From: Chlorokybus atmophyticus
Taxonomy: Eukaryota > Plantae > Mesostigma and Chlorokybus algae
DNA: 64,000 nt
Assembly: GCA_009103225.1 (NCBI GenBank)
Contig: RHPI01003116.1
Span: 173,356-237,355, forward strand
Direction: 5' to 3'
Part shown: one piece after another, positions 61,204 to 64,000 of the stretch
Numbering within the stretch: the stretch's first letter is position 1
Layout: the number at the start of each line of letters is the position of its first letter
The notes under the pieces: generated by a model
Database searches by the model: none
What the model saw: the letters and a program-made list of their open reading frames with translations, nothing else
Told to the model about the DNA's origin: nothing
Position numbers and translations under genes: made by a program

Positions 61204-62848
61204 GACAACCGTCAGCGTGGCACAGCCTGCAATTGTTGTGGTTGTGGTTGCCGCCAAAAGGCGTCACGCTGAAACGTAACGCGGTGGGGAAAATCTTTGC
61301 ACGACGTTAGCAAGTTTAATGTAGGCCCAACAGGTTTCAACATAGCAAACGTACCAAATTCAAGTAGGTACGCTAGGACCTAAAGTTAGAGCCTCTCCCC
61401 ACCGGCGGGATAAGCAATGCGCAACTGCGGATTTCTGCTAATGTGAGCAGGCACCGAGTCAGCACTGGACCTGCCAGCGTGGACTGCCACCTCAGGTCCA
61501 CAGTGTGGACTCCACACGGTAATATCTGTACGATAACACGAGTCATGTGGGATATGTATGAGGTATTCGTTTTGTGCATTGCTTGGATTCAGGGCATATG
61601 TCATATCCTTGAATTCACGGCAAACGCTGTGACATGCATTTGGGGTTGTTACAAGCATAATATTTTATGTGTACAGCGCACAAGCCACGGTCATCCAATC
61701 GCTGGAGCCTCCATGCGACATTATCATTTGTGTGAAAGTCATGAGGTATGTCGAAGTAGTGCACAATAAGCATTTCAAACGGCAACATCATAATTTAGCA
61801 TCTGACTGTCCATCCTCCTATATTATGCAAGTTGGGGACACGACCTTAATGTTGCATCTTGCATTACACACAGTTAGCCCTATTAGCCATGCTTGCATAT
61901 GTATTCATGGTATCTGTAATAAAGAGCAGGAATTGGTGTGTTAATGTGTGCGCGTGTGCCGGTATGCTACATGCTATAGTGTGGGTATGCTATGCACTTA
62001 ATACGCATGAACACGCATTTGATGTATGGGCTACATGGCATATCGTATTATATGCACCACGTTACAACTTTATATGTGCATCAGCGATACAGTCCATAAG
62101 ATTTGTACAGGCAGTGTGTAGAATGCGGTGTGGTGCTTTCAATGCTGTAGGTACTCCGTGTGTGGGTATTGGAAGGCTGCGCTTGTGCACATATTGTGCA
62201 AAAATATGTGATGTAGTGATTGCGGCATGCATGACATGCATATGATCATAAGGTAGTGCATGCCACCACACGATCATATTCATCACGTCGCAAATTTTAC
62301 ACGGTGACTGACTAAGGACTGAGGGACTGACTGGTGCCTGAGCCTGCCTGAGCCTGCCTGTTGCTGCCTGAAATATTACTTTTGGACTGTTGGGTTTGCC
62401 GTTGGCTTCAGTGGACTGACGCAGACGGCCGCGGGCCAAAAGTGGTTGTTAGTGGCACTAACCGGCCGAGAGTTGTCAACCAGTTACCCTTTGGTCGATG
62501 TGCACAGACGGCCGTTAACCGGTAGTTACGGACAGCTGACAGCCATAGCCGGCAGTTTCTTTGCCGTTACACTGCTGTTAATATGTGACCCTTGCCATTT
62601 GACAAAAGTTGGCAATTCTTGCCGTAAGCCAACACTAACATGCCATGCAGCTTGTACAAACCTTGGACTGATTGTTTGGTCTTGCACCTAAAAGCCCACA
62701 ATATATACAATGTACGGGCAGTGGTGAGAGTATGTCCACTTACAACTGAGCAGCCGACTTGCGCATGAAACTATCCTATAACATTGAGTCTAGCTGTCGG
62801 ACTCATGCGCAGCTTGTCAACCCGTGGTGCCTGCCTAAGAACTCCTCC

Positions 62849-63704
62849 TCAAACCCCCTCCTCCTGTTCCTCCTCCGACGAGTCTTCTGCTTCAACGCCG
62901 GGGTCATCTTCATCCGCTGCCTCGTTCGCTGACAGTACAGCGGCTACTTCGTCCTTCAGCTTGAATGTCAGCGCCTCGCCGTGCACGCGCATGCGCTTGA
63001 TGGTCGCTTTGAGAGTGACCACCTGCATTTGGCAATGCTGTAAGAGTGGCGTGCTGCCAGAGGACTAGCCCATCAGCATACACACGCTTACCTCGTCTTC
63101 CGCTTTGTTGCACTCCGCCAGGCAGACAGTCAGCCTGCCGCGCTGCTCTTGGTTCACTCTGACCAACATGGCAATCTGCAAGCATACTGCTTAATTACCG
63201 CTGGAAACATTAAACTAGGTCATAGATTACCCGTTCGTTTAACTCCGCAGCTTCTCTTTTGCGACTTGTGAGCTCCCGCAAGTTGAAATAGGCTGTGCAT
63301 TTGCGAGATTGGTCATGCTGTTCATGTGCATGACACTGGAGGTTGTGCATGAGGGTGTGCATGTCGTATTGACAATGTATGTCAAGTGCAAGATACTTGA
63401 GGCTGTGCATGTGCAAGATAAAAGAACCCTAGCATGTGGCATTGACAGTGCATCGTAACCCACCTTGGTTATGCCAGTCTTGTTTGGTCCCTTCAATCAT
63501 GTCGCCGTGGTCGCAGCTGCTGGTGGGTCGGATTTTCTTAGAGGCAGTATTGTGGTGTGCCTTTGCCCACTCGGATGGGGAGCCCTGTAAGATATCGCCC
63601 GAGTCACTGTTGTCATTGGATGTGCCCTTGGTAGTCTTGGTGGGGTTTGACACCGAGGACACCCCTCCGGCACCCTGCCCGCCCTGTGCGAACATGGAAT
63701 TCAT
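62849..63704 (-). CDS. Small orphan multi-exon gene, coiled-coil-like with an acidic C-terminus
   Basis: Exons MNSMFAQGGQG...DWHNQ; ...RELTSRKREAAELNER; IAMLVRVNQEQRGRLTVCLAECNKAEDE|VVTLKATIKRMRVHGEALTFKLKDEV...DSSEEEQEEGV* with GT-AG boundaries. Confidence 0.45.
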
Positions 63705-63859
63705 CCCGGACCTCGACCACAATGCCCACTACGCCCCTGGCAGCGCCGCCAACGATCTTCCAAACGCCACATACCCTCGGCATCACGCCCCTGTAAGGGC
63801 ATAGCTTGGCGGAGCTATCAATGGTGTTTTCATGCGCAGGGGGACTGACATTGCCAGAG

Positions 63860-63963
63860 TTCAATGGTACGAACTGCCATTGCCCTTGTACAAAGGTACC
63901 ATTTCAATGGTACCTTTGTACAATGCCTATACCTTGGGGCAAAGGCATCTTCGTACCATTGAA
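63860..63963. repeat. Long fold-back inverted repeat (MITE-like or pre-miRNA-like)
   Basis: Outer 14-bp perfect IR TTCAATGGTACGAA/TTCGTACCATTGAA and inner 18-bp perfect IR TTGTACAAAGGTACCATT-TC-AATGGTACCTTTGTACAA. Confidence 0.8.
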
Positions 63964-64000
63964 ACGGTTCAATCAGAATATATATGTATATATATATATA

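Noticed and set aside
62390-62640. MITE defined by GTTGGCTT/AAGCCAAC inverted ends
   Set aside because: Only 8 bp, with no TSD or second copy in the window, so it is compatible with chance.

Overview
Intron-rich eukaryotic nuclear DNA from a draft assembly with three N gaps. The plant-type SPP, PUX7, HP20-type Tim17/22, PEX22, UP3 and telo-box point to a green-lineage alga. Most entries in the ORF track are intron microsatellite noise or antisense shadows, so genes were rebuilt by hand from splice signals. From left to right the window holds: a type II membrane GT-A glycosyltransferase (-) head-to-head with a bacterial-type HAD phosphatase that seems to be part of a multi-domain protein (+); SPP (-); PUX7 (+); RPS11 (-); and a dead canonical-type H2B. 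Next comes a ~14.2 kb-period tandem segmental duplication (about 20.5-32.0 kb and 34.5-47.05 kb) separated by a repeat-rich spacer. Each copy carries an H2B variant with a ~130 aa acidic-then-basic N-terminal tail (intact in copy A, disabled in copy B) and a ~24-exon secreted protein with bacterial-looking domains ending in a ConA-like (DUF1349-type) module. The window ends with an HP20/TIM22-type PRAT gene (+), PEX22 (-), DNA primase large subunit (+), a UP3-like double Dabb gene (-), an orphan gene (-) and a ~104 nt fold-back. No rRNA, intact tRNA or CRISPR array was found. Family assignments come from recalled motifs, not database searches. Exon boundaries are manual and approximate.
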